Assembly: GCF_036321535.1 (NCBI RefSeq)
Contig: NC_087436.1
Span: forward strand, 86,988,001 to 87,052,000
Source: Camelus dromedarius
Lineage: Eukaryota
DNA length: 64,000 nucleotides
Reading direction: 5' to 3'
Made by a program: the position numbers and the translations under genes
The notes under the pieces: generated by a model
Database searches by the model: none
What the model saw: only the letters and a program-made list of their open reading frames with translations
What the model was told of the DNA's origin: nothing
In this document: piece by piece, positions 63,311 through 64,000 of the stretch
How positions within the stretch are numbered: position 1 is the first letter of the stretch
Layout of the letters: each line of letters starts with the position of its first letter

Positions 63311-63781
63311 TGTCAGAAAGAGGGATGAGGTGCATGGAAAAAGCAGATGTGTGTCTCCATGGAAACGTAGCAGCAGGCAGCCCCTGAGCCTGGTGGCCGA
63401 ATGATTGATGCAGGCATTTGGCCATGTTGGTAGCCAGGGTTGAGGCCTCCGCTGAGGGGATTTTGCATCCTTCCATGCTGGGCAGGAAGATGGTGAAATT
63501 ACAAGGTGCACTGAGTGCAGGCTGTTTTGTCACTGTGACCTCAGTTTCAGCAGGAAAGGATAAAAATAAATAAGCCAAAAGGCAAATCAGAGGAAAGAAT
63601 GAAGACAAAACATAAGAGGGGCACTTTCGGGAGAAATGAAGATGTAAATTAAGAGGAAAAGTCTAGACCGTGGGCCAGTGGGGACAAGAGCTACTCGCTC
63701 TCAGTGAAAACAGGGCCTCTTGCTCTCACAGCTTCACTTATAGCCTGATTTTACCTGTTTTCTTTTATGTATATGATCTGA

Positions 63782-63801
63782 GTGTGTGTGTGTGTGTGTG
63801 T
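63782..63801. repeat. (GT)10 microsatellite
   Basis: Read directly. Confidence 0.95.
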
Positions 63802-64000
63802 ACATAAGTGTGTTTTGATTTAGAAATCTCTCCCTCTCTCACTCTCTCTCATTGTCAGTGTACTCTGATCCAGTGACTCTTTTCTCAGTAACTAGTTCCA
63901 TGTGTTTGTTGACTCTGCTTGTAAAGTAACTTTAAGAAAATTCTTTTGGCTAAGGTCATGTCATCTTGTTTTTGCATTCCTTCTAAATGAGAGGAATTTG

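Noticed and set aside
1..64000. A novel multi-gene biological system or a known miRNA hairpin
   Set aside because: No supportable coding genes, and no match to the mature miRNAs I could recall. Nothing in the sequence justifies such a claim.

Overview
Mammalian nuclear DNA, most likely from a camelid (camel, alpaca or llama). This is inferred from eight copies of a tRNA-derived SINE resembling the Tylopoda Vic-1 family and from lineage-type L1 3' ends. I recognise no protein-coding exon, RNA gene, CpG-island promoter or CRISPR array. The ORF track is explained by chance ORFs and repeat-derived ORFs (L1 ORF2, L2, SINE, LTR). The window looks like a long intron or gene desert: a mosaic of ancient repeats (MIR, L2, CR1/L3, L1M, MLT1, LTR33, MER21, MER3, MER91, MADE2), young insertions with visible target-site duplications (TSDs), and several repeat-poor, motif-dense stretches that may be enhancers. 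The most notable item is a complete 601-bp ERV1-type solo LTR with a periodic CCAAT-box array, two octamer motifs, a TATA box and a poly(A) signal. I found no evidence for a previously undescribed multi-gene system. Repeat family names come from remembered consensus sequences, not a database search, and boundaries of old repeats are approximate.
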